A stretch of DNA of 47,519 nucleotides from Chamaesiphon sp. (GTDB lineage Bacteria > Cyanobacteriota > Cyanobacteriia > Cyanobacteriales > Chamaesiphonaceae), in the NCBI GenBank assembly GCA_965246715.1, contig CBDFFH010000040.1:1-47519 (forward strand), in the 5' to 3' direction. The notes below the pieces were generated by a model. The model saw only the letters and a program-made list of their open reading frames with translations. It searched no databases and was not told the origin of the DNA. A program made the translations under genes and the position numbers. Below, piece by piece: positions 1-8,856 of this stretch. The stretch's first letter is position 1. Each line of letters starts with the position of its first letter.

Positions 1-591
<591 letters not shown>

Positions 592-616
592 TTATTGTAG
601 TCATCTCTTCCAAAAT

Positions 617-643
617 TTAGCACTCTATGACTAGGAGTGCTAA
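617..643. promoter_or_regulatory. CIRCE operator (HrcA binding site)
   Basis: Perfect TTAGCACTC-N9-GAGTGCTAA, about 30 bp upstream of the groEL start. Confidence 0.97.
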
Positions 644-663
644 ACGGATTTCGATCGATCTGT

Positions 664-679
664 GTGCGGTTTCCCGAAC
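664..679 (-). promoter_or_regulatory. K-box, cyanobacterial heat/light-inducible chaperone element
   Basis: The minus strand reads GTTCGG-GAAA-CCGCAC, matching the recalled consensus GTTCGG-NNAN-CCNNAC, and lies upstream of the CIRCE. Confidence 0.75.
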
Positions 680-750
680 TTGGGGTCGGGTGTATCACAA
701 TGGGAATAGAGAAGATACATCAATAACAGCTAACTCACACCGAAATTATT

Positions 751-1470
751 ATGTTCCCGATCGATGATGATAATCCCACACGCATTACACCTTATGTAAC
801 TTATGGCTTAATTGCCGTAAACGTAGCAATCTTTATCTATGAGCTGACCTTCTCACCCCAAGGTTTGACCAACTTTTTCTACCAATGGGCAATCGTCCCA
901 TTTCAACTTACTGGTTCGCTGATCGGTCAACCTCAAGCGATTTTACCGGGTGGAGAGCCGCCAGAATTGTTGACGTTGATTACTTCTCAATTCTTACATG
1001 GTGGGTTTTTACATGTCGCAGGTAATATGTTATTCCTGTGGATCTTTGGCAATAATGTCGAAGACCAGTTGGGGCATTTTAAGTTCTTGTTCTTTTACCT
1101 TGCGTGTGGCGTGCTAGCTGGCTTGGCACAATGGTATTTCAGTCAGGGTTCGCAGATTCCCTCGCTAGGTGCTAGTGGCGCGATCGCGGGTGTGATGGGA
1201 GCTTATATCATTCGCTTCCCCCAGGTCAATGTCCGGACGGTATTTCCGATCGGGATTTTCCCCTTAGTATTTAATATTCCAGCATATTTCTATCTGGGGA
1301 TCTGGTTTGTCCAGCAAGCGCTCTATGGGTTTGCAACGCTTGCACCGCGAACGATGGTAGGGATGGAAAGCGGTGGGGTGGCTTATTGGGCACATGCTGG
1401 AGGTTTTGTGTTTGGGGCTGTGCTGGGGCCATTATTGGGGCTATTTTCACAACCTTCGGAGAGGGCTTGA
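751..1470 (+). CDS. Rhomboid family intramembrane serine protease
   Basis: Motifs FLHGGFLHVAGNMLFLWIFG, GASGAIAG (catalytic Ser) and AHAGG (catalytic His); multiple hydrophobic helices. Confidence 0.95.
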   Translation: MFPIDDDNPTRITPYVTYGLIAVNVAIFIYELTFSPQGLTNFFYQWAIVPFQLTGSLIGQPQAILPGGEPPELLTLITSQFLHGGFLHVAGNMLFLWIFGNNVEDQLGHFKFLFFYLACGVLAGLAQWYFSQGSQIPSLGASGAIAGVMGAYIIRFPQVNVRTVFPIGIFPLVFNIPAYFYLGIWFVQQALYGFATLAPRTMVGMESGGVAYWAHAGGFVFGAVLGPLLGLFSQPSERA

Positions 1471-1494
1471 CATTTTCCAATACCTCCGAAGCGG

Positions 1495-1661
1495 AGCTAC
1501 GGCGTATACATCAGTTGGCTGGGCTTCGTTTTAGGTTGGTTTACCCCCCAACTCCCCTTAGAAAGCGGGGCTTTAGCTCCCTCCCCTTTCTAAGGGGAGG
1601 GCTAGGGTGGGGTAAAGGGACTACACAGCAACTCTAACAAACTTGTCGGTACGCGGTAGCT
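1495..1661. repeat. MITE-like element containing a GC-rich hairpin repeat
   Basis: Imperfect inverted ends AGCTACGGCGTATACATCAGTT and AACTTGTCGGTACGCGGTAGCT. The internal CCCCCCAACTCCCCTTAGAAAG...CTTTCTAAGGGGAGGG...GGGG motif resembles the repeat at 28782-28856. Confidence 0.55.
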
Positions 1662-1840
1662 TTTCAAGGGGGGGGCTAAAAATTACTGTTCTCGGAATGA
1701 AGTCAACCATATTTCGGTGACCACTGTAGCCTCAAATAGGGGCTGGTGGCGAAATCTTAGCGCATATCGCCAACTCACTCAGAGGGTGTCTGAAAAGTCA
1801 GGCGAGACGGCGGAGGGATAAGCGAATCATGGCGATATAG

Positions 1841-3829
1841 CCCACATTCCGCACTTCAATTTTAACGACAGACACTTAGACTTATTTATTACTTATTCGA
1901 CAAATAAATACGTAATTAAAAGACGAAATCAGAACAGTCTCCATACTACAACCGAAGCAGTGATTTAGTGATAAAATTATGGTTAAAACTCCCATTAACT
2001 TTATCAACAAATGAATTATAAATTAGAAGAGATTGAGATTAAAAATCTAGACCATTTAGGGATAGTAGCTGGAATTATAGATGAAATAGGAATTGTAGAA
2101 AAAGTAAATGAATTATTAGGGACAGATTCTAGAGAAAAGATTAATTGTGGAGAAGTTGTTAAAGCAATTATTTTAAATGGGCTGGGATTTGTTGCACAAC
2201 CATTATACTTATTTTCAAATTTCTTCAAAGATAAAGCTGTAGAACATTTATTAGGAGCAGGAGTCAAAGCAGAGGAATTGAATGATGACAAACTCGGAAG
2301 AGTGATGGATAAGTTATATAAATATGGGCTGAATAATATTTTTTTGATTATTGGTTTGTCAGTAATTAAGAAATACAAAATATCAACTAAGTATTCTCAT
2401 TTAGATTCAACTTCATTTCATTTGCATGGACAATACAATAATCGAGAGCGTGATGAAACGGAAGAACAGAGATTAGAGGTAACTAGAGAAAATCCAATAT
2501 TTATTACAGAAGGATACTCAAGAGACCACCGACCAGATCTCAAACAGTGTGTACTAGATCTAATAGTGAGTAGTGATGGAGATATCCCAATATTTATTAG
2601 AGGAGGTTCGGGGAATGAGTCAGACAAAGCAATGTTTGGAAGAATATTAGTCGAGTACTCACAGCAAGCAGATTTTGAGAGTATCATGATAGCGGATAGT
2701 GCTTTATACAGTGCAAAAAATCTAATATTAATCAAAGATTTAAAATGGATAAGCCGAGTACCATTATCGATAAATAAAGCAAAAGATTTAGTTAGAACAG
2801 TAAAAAGTGAAAGCCTGAAAGATAGTAGCAGCAAAGGTTGTCGGTATTCGTCATCACAAGTGATATATGGAGGGATAGAACAAAGATGGATGATAGTAGA
2901 AAGCGAGGAAAGAAAGAAATCAGATTTAAAGAAAATACTCGATCGCCTAGAAAAAGAAGCAGAGAAAGCTAGCAAGGAAATCAACAAAATAATCAAGCTA
3001 GAATTTGAGCAGGTATCATTAGCACTGACAGCAATCGAACAGATTCAAGCTAAGTTAAAGTATCATCAAATAGTTCAAATTGAAACTTTCAGTAAAGTCA
3101 ACAAAAAAGGACAAGAAATTCATACCGTTACCTGTAGATCGATCGAAAACAAAGAACTAGTTGATGACATCAAAAATCAAGCTGGAAAATTTATACTGGC
3201 AACTAACATACTAAGCGAAACTGAATTAGAAACTTCGGAAATATTAACTGTATATAAGCAGCAGCAATCCTGCGAAAGAGGATTTAGATTTCTCAAAAAT
3301 CCATTGTTTTTTGCAGACAGCCTATTTGTCAAAAATCCCGAAAGAGTAGAAACAATGATGATGCTGATGGGATTAAGTCTTTTAGTGTATACAATTGGAC
3401 AGAGACAAATCAGGAATGGTCTGAAAGCCAGAAAATCTTCAGTAAAAAATCAATTGAATAAAGCAACAGATCGACCAGCTCTAAGATGGATATTCCAGTG
3501 TTTTCAAGGAATTCATTACTTTCAGCTTGACGAGATTGAAAGAATTAGTAATTTGACTGAAGAGCGGTGCCGAATTCTAGAGTTTTTACCTGAAGCTTGT
3601 CAAAAATACTATTTAGCTAACTGAATTTTATCATGATGTATTAAAGAGATTCATTGTTGCAACCACTATTGAATATTTCCGACCAATTAGTTTTTAAAGA
3701 TCGGCAAAGACTAGAAAATTGTCATGCTCATTCGAGCGAGTTTTTGATATTGCAAATGTCACGAATATACTTCCAGGTTGATTTTAGCTATGGATTGCTT
3801 TTCGTAAAAATTGAAGTGCGGAATGTGGG
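1841..3829 (+). mobile_element. IS1634-family insertion sequence
   Basis: 28 bp terminal inverted repeats CCCACATTCCGCACTTCAATTTT(A/T)ACGA with one mismatch. 6 bp target duplication ATATAG at 1835-1840 and 3830-3835. AT-rich interior. Confidence 0.92.
2011..3624 (+). CDS. IS1634-family transposase
   Basis: 537 aa with NLDHLGIVAGIIDEIG, HLDSTSFHLHG, GYSRDHRPDLKQ, ADSALYS and ERGFRFLKNP. Confidence 0.93.
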   Translation: MNYKLEEIEIKNLDHLGIVAGIIDEIGIVEKVNELLGTDSREKINCGEVVKAIILNGLGFVAQPLYLFSNFFKDKAVEHLLGAGVKAEELNDDKLGRVMDKLYKYGLNNIFLIIGLSVIKKYKISTKYSHLDSTSFHLHGQYNNRERDETEEQRLEVTRENPIFITEGYSRDHRPDLKQCVLDLIVSSDGDIPIFIRGGSGNESDKAMFGRILVEYSQQADFESIMIADSALYSAKNLILIKDLKWISRVPLSINKAKDLVRTVKSESLKDSSSKGCRYSSSQVIYGGIEQRWMIVESEERKKSDLKKILDRLEKEAEKASKEINKIIKLEFEQVSLALTAIEQIQAKLKYHQIVQIETFSKVNKKGQEIHTVTCRSIENKELVDDIKNQAGKFILATNILSETELETSEILTVYKQQQSCERGFRFLKNPLFFADSLFVKNPERVETMMMLMGLSLLVYTIGQRQIRNGLKARKSSVKNQLNKATDRPALRWIFQCFQGIHYFQLDEIERISNLTEERCRILEFLPEACQKYYLAN

Positions 3830-4708
3830 ATATAGAGAAAAGCCTCAGCAGTATCAGTCAAAATCTCGTAATCTTTACTCAAACGACGAGACCAATTAAA
3901 CCAACCGAAAGTTCGCTCAACAACCCAACGTTGTGGTAGAGGGACAAAACCAGTAGTCTTGTCGGTACGTTCGATCGGTTCCCAAATCCAATGATAAGTG
4001 TCCATCGTCCATTGGATCGTGGGGGCACCATCATCGCCAGCATCAGCCAGGATCTTAAAGAGTCGAGGATAGTACTGTTGCAACTTAGGGAGAACTAATT
4101 TTGCGCCGTCGCGTTCTCCCATCTTCGCCGCAGTGACCACTACCACCATCAGTAGTCCCCAAGTATCAACCAAAATATGTCGTTTGCGACCTTTAACTTT
4201 CTTCCCCGCATCGCAGCCTACCGCTTGGGGTTCAGGCTGAGTACTGCCGATTTGAACCGACTGACTGTCCGTGATGGCGACACTAGGAGTGGCTTCTTTC
4301 CCACCGCTAACTCTCACCCACTGGTTAAAAGTACGGTTGATTGGTTCCCAAATTTTTTCAATTCGCCAGTTGCGGAAATACTCATACACTGTCTGCCATC
4401 CCGGAAAATCATGGGGTAGCATTCGCCACGGACATCCTGCACTCAAAATATAGAAAATCGCGGTGACAATTTCTCTTGGATCCACTTTTCTCGGTCTACC
4501 TCCTGGTTTCGCCGCTGGAATGAATTCTTTGAGCAAATCCCATTGTTCGTTGGTTATGTCCGTTAGGTATGATTTTCTTGCTGCTCTCATGATTTTCTGT
4601 CTTTGTTTTACTTATTAGACAGATTCTCATAATCTTGGGAGCTTTTCTACCCCCTTTTCAGACACCCTCTGATGGCATTTATGGTGTGTTGAATGTATTT
4701 GGAGATCG

Positions 4709-4749
4709 AGATGATTTGGATCTGGTTGGGGTGTTGGAGTTTGGCGATT
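4709..4749. repeat. Cassette-spacer repeat, copy D (continues left of the IS5 at ~1767-1781)
   Basis: AGATGATTTGGATCTG...GGAGTTTGGCGATT is shared with the copies at ~6210-6252 and ~6779-6820. Confidence 0.7.
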
Positions 4750-4772
4750 CGCTCTTAGAGAGGCTAACGATG

Positions 4773-5163
4773 TTAGCTCAGTGTTGTGACATCAGGATAG
4801 GCAATAATTTTCTTATCTGCTGTTAATAACGGAATTTATGAAATTATCGAAGTTGCGACAATAATTTGGTCTGCGGGACCTTTGTGAAAACTTGGTAACT
4901 GTGTCGATTTAATAATAATTGAAATGGTTAGATCGATCGTTCGTAAATTCGGGTGAGATCAAGCGATCTCCAACCAATCTTCGATCGAGAATTTCAACTC
5001 TAATTTTCCATACTCTACTAGCTTGGCTATTTCCCAACAGGAGTAGATCCTAATACCCAGTCCATCATCTTGTCGTGCTTGAATAATTTGCCGATGACGC
5101 TCTCGACAATCTTGGACTGTCATCGATTCACCAAATCAAGATGTGAGTATCCAGCAAAATCAT
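4773..5163 (-). pseudogene. vapC: VapC/PIN-domain toxin pseudogene
   Basis: Manual translation: MILLDTHILIW*...[frameshift]...SCWEIAKLVEYGKL...FHKGPADQIIVATS..*IPLLTADKKIIAYPDVTTLS*. Three internal stops and one frameshift. The ATG overlaps the upstream gene's stop (ATGA). Confidence 0.88.
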
Positions 5164-5393
5164 TGCAGCACATCCCAATCCGATCGGGGAATAGCTGACT
5201 CAAAGGGATCGTCGTAGCGGGTGACAGAGCCTTGCAATGATTTCCAGCGTTCGTCAATCGGGTTTGCTACTTCCTGGGCAGATACATCATCTAATATGAT
5301 GACTTCTACTGACTTACCAACGCTAAACGGTAATCCCTTTAGGACAATCGAGCCATCTGCCATCACGATCGATCGAATTTTATAAGCATTCAT
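5160..5393 (-). CDS. Probable antitoxin partner of the VapC
   Basis: 77 aa (DGSIVLKGLPF...VEVIIL...SLQGSVTRYDDPFES), translationally coupled to the PIN gene. Confidence 0.75.
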   Translation of the reverse strand: MNAYKIRSIVMADGSIVLKGLPFSVGKSVEVIILDDVSAQEVANPIDERWKSLQGSVTRYDDPFESAIPRSDWDVLQ

Positions 5394-5490
5394 AAATATT
5401 TAGTTGGTTGAGACTGCAACCATAGGATAATTTTAGCCGTTGGCGTAGCCTCTCCGCTAGGAGAATTGAAACGAGAATCGACTCTAATCC

Positions 5491-5585
5491 TCGGTGAATC
5501 GTTGGCGTAGCCTCTGAGCATGAGAATCGATCGCACTCCAAATCGCTGCTACTAAGTTCTCTTGCTCTGGGGGGAGGGCATCGGA
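5491..5585. repeat. Cassette-spacer repeat, copy A
   Basis: About 93 bp nearly identical to 6660-6753 (one substitution and one 1 bp indel by eye). Includes the small GTTGGCGTAGCCTCT...GAGAATCG element, also seen at ~5438 and in variant form at ~15513. Confidence 0.9.
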
Positions 5586-5599
5586 AATACGATCGAGAT

Positions 5600-5845
5600 T
5601 TATTCACCAAACATCTGTTCTAGAAATTCATCCTTAGTCAAACCGAAGTGTTCGGCGACACTCCGCACAATAGCATTTAAAGTCCCGATTTTGAGTGAAT
5701 CGTGTGCGGGGATTGTGATGTGATGTTGTCCGTTCGATTGAGTGGTTAAACGAATGTGACTGCCCGTTTGACGGGTGATTTCATAGCCGAAGTTAGATAG
5801 GAGTCTAATTAATTGAGTGCTGGATAAATCTCTCGGAACTTTCAC
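5600..5845 (-). CDS. hicA: HicA family toxin
   Basis: GYEITRQTGSHIRL...HHITIPAHDSLKIGTLNAI; overlaps the upstream gene by 4 bp. Confidence 0.9.
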   Translation of the reverse strand: MKVPRDLSSTQLIRLLSNFGYEITRQTGSHIRLTTQSNGQHHITIPAHDSLKIGTLNAIVRSVAEHFGLTKDEFLEQMFGE

Positions 5846-6057
5846 GCCGCGAATACCTCATCTCTGACAATATGCAGTCTGATGATTTTTGGACGCTGTT
5901 CGGATATATCGAAATGACAATTTATGGCATCTTTGACCGCGATCTTCAATGTTTCTAGATCGTCAGCTTCGGTGAAAATTGACTCGTTGAGAGCCTGGGC
6001 TGTATAGCCACCTTCGGGAGCTTGTTCTACTAGGAAGATAATTTCTGTTGTTGACAC
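5842..6057 (-). CDS. HicB-like antitoxin
   Basis: EIIFLVEQAPEGGYTAQALNESIFTEADDLETLKIAVKDAINCHF resembles the HicB N-terminal fold; coupled to hicA. Confidence 0.8.
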   Translation of the reverse strand: MSTTEIIFLVEQAPEGGYTAQALNESIFTEADDLETLKIAVKDAINCHFDISEQRPKIIRLHIVRDEVFAA

Positions 6058-6127
6058 GATCGACCCTAAATATATTGATAGCGTGGTGAATGCATGTCGA
6101 TCTTATCGTATCTACTCAGTAAATCGA

Positions 6128-6252
6128 TCGATCGCACTCCAAAATCGCCGCTACTAAATTCTCTTGCTTGGGGGAAGGGCATCGGGAATATTATCAGTGG
6201 TGGTGAGCCAGATAATTTAGATCGGTTTGGGGGATGCGAGAGTTTGGCGATA
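6128..6252. repeat. Cassette-spacer repeat, copy B
   Basis: TCGATCGCACTCCAAAATCGCCGCTACTAAATTCTCTTGCT...GGGAAGGGCATCG...GAGCCAGATAATTT...AGTTTGGCGAT is colinear with copy C. Confidence 0.85.
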
Positions 6253-6255
6253 TAT

Positions 6256-6603
6256 CTAGATATCTTGCCAGTCTCTCGCATTGACAAATATCGATATTCT
6301 GGGGATGGAGTTGATGATTTCTAGGGCTTGTTGCTGTTCTTCTAGATCGTCATCTGCGTTAAATTTGGCGAACAGATCGGAAATACTGGCTCTTTGAAGA
6401 TCGAGGGAAGTCGGGGTTCGATCTTGAATCCGATCGACGGCTTGTTGCCACTGCTGTTGGGAAGTGTTGGCAGGATTTGACAGTGCAGCGTTGTGAGCCG
6501 TTGCAGTTTCAATTTTCTGTTCTAGTTGTCTGAGGATTTTTGTTTGTTCGACTAAGGGGAGCAACTCGATTTGCTGCAAAATTTCTACTACTACGGGACT
6601 CAT
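6256..6603 (-). CDS. Hypothetical protein (antitoxin-like small cassette gene)
   Basis: 115 aa with an ATG start preceded by GAGG, predicted helical (MSPVVVEILQQIELLPLVEQTKIL), lying between repeat copies B and C. Confidence 0.7.
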   Translation of the reverse strand: MSPVVVEILQQIELLPLVEQTKILRQLEQKIETATAHNAALSNPANTSQQQWQQAVDRIQDRTPTSLDLQRASISDLFAKFNADDDLEEQQQALEIINSIPRISIFVNARDWQDI

Positions 6604-6659
6604 GATTTTGCCTCGTTGCTGGGTGTCTCTATTTTAGCTGGCTGTGGTGGTTTTAGGCT

Positions 6660-6822
6660 TCGGTGAATCGTTGGCGTAGCCTCTGAGCATGAGAATCGAT
6701 CGCACTCCAAATCGCCGCTACTAAGTTCTCTTGCTCTGGGGGGAAGGGCATCGAGAATATTCTCGGTGGTGATGAGCCAGATGATTTGGATCTGTTTGAG
6801 GGTGTGGAGTTTGGCGATTTTT
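6660..6822. repeat. Cassette-spacer repeat, copy C (longest copy)
   Basis: Contains both the segment shared with copy A and the segment shared with copies B and D. Confidence 0.88.
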
Positions 6823-6844
6823 TAGATCGGGGTTTATCTAGCTG

Positions 6845-7522
6845 CTATGCTTTTTTATTAAAAATATTTTTGTCCACAAGACAGTAAGCGATTAAAGCAT
6901 ATAATCCTTCTGGAATGGAATCACTGTTTATATCATTATGAATGGTAACATCAGCAACTCTTCTGTTAGGATAAATAAATTTTTCATACCCAGGTCTGAC
7001 ATTTCGCTCATAACGTTGTTCGACCTCTAAAGTATCTCTACCTCTTTCTGTAACATCTCGATTTAAACGTCTTTGATATCGAGTGACATCATCAGCCTCT
7101 ACCCAAACCTTAAAGTCAAATTCCTGTAAAAATCGCGGCTTTGAAAATGAAAAAACACCTTCTACAAGGATAATAGAAGTAGGCATACAAAGCCGAGATC
7201 CTTCTTGTTGATGAGATTCAAAATTGTATTCTGGAATCTTAACTGCTTGCCCTGCTTTTAGCTGAGCTAAGTCAAATAGAGCATCATCAAAATTAATAGA
7301 ATCAGGATTATCATGGGTATATTCTAGACTCATCACCTCATTTATGTTTTTATAATATCCATCTAAATCGAATACACAAACAGATACTGGACAAAGCTTC
7401 TGAAATTGACGAGATAACCATGTTTTACCAGAACAACTACCTCCAGAGATACCAACAACTGTACTTCTACCAGGATCTACTCGATCTGGTAAATTATTTT
7501 CATCGATCGTAGTATTTAACAT
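6845..7522 (-). CDS. udk: Uridine kinase family P-loop kinase (AT-rich)
   Basis: VVGISGGSCSGKT, DLDGYYK, HDNPDSINFD, IILVEG and RRLNRDVTERGR. A GGAGGA RBS precedes the ATG at 7522, but the frame stays open upstream to ~7825. Confidence 0.82.
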   Translation of the reverse strand: MLNTTIDENNLPDRVDPGRSTVVGISGGSCSGKTWLSRQFQKLCPVSVCVFDLDGYYKNINEVMSLEYTHDNPDSINFDDALFDLAQLKAGQAVKIPEYNFESHQQEGSRLCMPTSIILVEGVFSFSKPRFLQEFDFKVWVEADDVTRYQRRLNRDVTERGRDTLEVEQRYERNVRPGYEKFIYPNRRVADVTIHNDINSDSIPEGLYALIAYCLVDKNIFNKKA

Positions 7523-7821
7523 TTGATTTATTCCTCCAGTATCAAATTCTCGAAGCCACAAATTACCATCTCGCTCTGTTTGTCTCAATCTTATCAAATT
7601 CTGCAACTCGGATGTCTCTAACTCCAGAAAATGTCCCCGCGCTGGAATATCTATCTTGTTTTCAGCCAAATCACCATGACTGGAGATTGAGGTGAGTCGA
7701 TCGATCTCTACATCATTATTAGTTTTAATCGAGATTGCTTCAGTGCCTTTTTTTATCTTCAGATAGCCTGCATACAACTTAGACCAAAGATCTCCTGCTT
7801 TTTTTCGATTTTGCTGCTGGT

Positions 7822-8100
7822 ATGACTAACCATCCAGTCATTATGCCCACAGGTGCCCTTGTAAGTGCGATCTCACTTACTACCGTTGCTGCTCCCACCC
7901 GTGCAGTTGCTGCTCCTGGCTTCGGAACCCTCCAAGATATCTTACTTTGCCAGCCTTCCCTCTCCCGTTTTCCAAATAGCTGTATCCTCATCCACGAGCG
8001 GATCAACCTCTTTCAAGGCTTACGGGGAAGCAAACCAGCCCTTCAGTACTGTCGCGAAAAATATGGTAGCAAAGCAAAGCTAGTGTCGTTTGGCGGTTAG
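7822..8100 (+). CDS. Possible small secreted protein or gene remnant
   Basis: Signal-peptide-like ALVSAISLTTVAAPTRAVA and a QYCREKYG motif. Support is weak. Confidence 0.3.
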   Translation: MTNHPVIMPTGALVSAISLTTVAAPTRAVAAPGFGTLQDILLCQPSLSRFPNSCILIHERINLFQGLRGSKPALQYCREKYGSKAKLVSFGG

Positions 8101-8148
8101 GGCTGCGGTGGTGCGCGACTCCGAATGAAGCCTAGACCTCGATTCTTT

Positions 8149-8224
8149 TAGGGGCGGTGCTTCATGCCCGCCCTCACCATCTCGGCTCCGTCCCAACAGG
8201 GCACCCACAAGGGGCTGCCCCTAG
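8149..8224. repeat. Pair of REP-like GC hairpins
   Basis: TAGGGGCGGTGCTTCATGCCCGCCCT and GGGCACCCACAAGGGGCTGCCCCTAG. Confidence 0.55.
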
Positions 8225-8236
8225 AGATTTATTACT

Positions 8237-8343
8237 TACAGCGCTTCCGGCTGTCATGAGGCACACTCTTTTCTATCCTGAGATTGCTCTCTGACTAACT
8301 TTCAGGACTTGTACTGTACCTGATAGCTGTCGGAAGTGCTGTA
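8237..8343. mobile_element. ~107 bp MITE-like element
   Basis: Imperfect 29 bp inverted ends TACAGCGCTTCCGGCTGTCATGAGGCACA and TGTACCTGATAGCTGTCGGAAGTGCTGTA, bounded by TA. Confidence 0.65.
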
Positions 8344-8359
8344 TCCATCACTAAATACC

Positions 8360-8611
8360 ATGCTCAAACAAATTGTAACTTCAGCCGCGATCGCTATCGG
8401 ACTAACTACCGCCATCTTCACTCCCACTCAAGCACATGCCATGACTGGAGAAGAGGCTGTCAAAGTCATTCGAGTCTTCGGTGAATATATGGACAATCTC
8501 CAGAAAATCTTCCAACCCACTCCTACCGCCCCCCAGCCTGACGATCGCATCCCCAATCCTGGAACGGACGAACCCCAGCCCAAACCTAAAACGATCGAAT
8601 CTCAATTTTAA
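8360..8611 (+). CDS. Small secreted hypothetical protein
   Basis: Clear Sec signal MLKQIVTSAAIAIGLTTAIFTPTQAHA and a Pro-rich tail, followed by a hairpin. Confidence 0.7.
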   Translation: MLKQIVTSAAIAIGLTTAIFTPTQAHAMTGEEAVKVIRVFGEYMDNLQKIFQPTPTAPQPDDRIPNPGTDEPQPKPKTIESQF

Positions 8612-8621
8612 ATAAACAAAA

Positions 8622-8645
8622 TGCCCCTCGATCGATCGAGGGGCA
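8622..8645. terminator. Hairpin / likely terminator
   Basis: Perfect palindrome TGCCCCTCGATCGATCGAGGGGCA 10 bp after the stop, between convergent genes. Confidence 0.6.
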
Positions 8646-8856
8646 ATCTTTGTACCCATTCACCAATCCCGAGCCATTATGAATATTCCCGCCACTCTCG
8701 ATCGTCAACGCGAGCAAGCCGTGATGAAAATTCAAGCTGAGAAATTCCGATCGTCGATCTGCAATTATAGAAGTTGGTATGGATGTCGATCTCATCGTAC
8801 CGATTCTGTGAATCGATCGCTTTCGACAGCTTAGCAGCTTTAGCCGCTGGGGTTGA

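Larger units (their letters stand above)
1798..4590 (-). pseudogene. IS5-family transposase disrupted near its 3' end
   Basis: ORF 3784..4590 has YLTDITNEQW, CPWRMLPHDFP, GRKRHILVD and RWVVERTFGW. Removing the IS1634 and one ATATAG copy restores the native end AFLYIAMIRLSLRRLA* with its stop at 1798-1800. Confidence 0.9.
1782..4669 (-). mobile_element. IS5-family element (IS1031-like ends), interrupted by IS1634
   Basis: Perfect 16 bp terminal inverted repeats GAGGGTGTCTGAAAAG (1782) and CTTTTCAGACACCCTC (ending 4669). Flanks are TCA and TGA, a 3 bp target duplication with one mismatch. Confidence 0.9.

Noticed and set aside
4709..6822. Possible CRISPR array
   Set aside because: The repeats are 40-160 bp, unevenly conserved and separated by whole genes rather than 30-40 bp spacers, and no cas genes are present.
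6696..6822. Repeat as a remnant of a type I restriction hsdS C-terminus
   Set aside because: The resemblance in translation is only vague, no R-M genes lie nearby, and nucleotide anchors to the chlD 3' end fit better.
7820..8120. Structured ncRNA or group II intron fragment (two short hairpins, GTGCG at 8111)
   Set aside because: No domain V motif or reverse transcriptase is present, and the hairpins are short enough to arise by chance.
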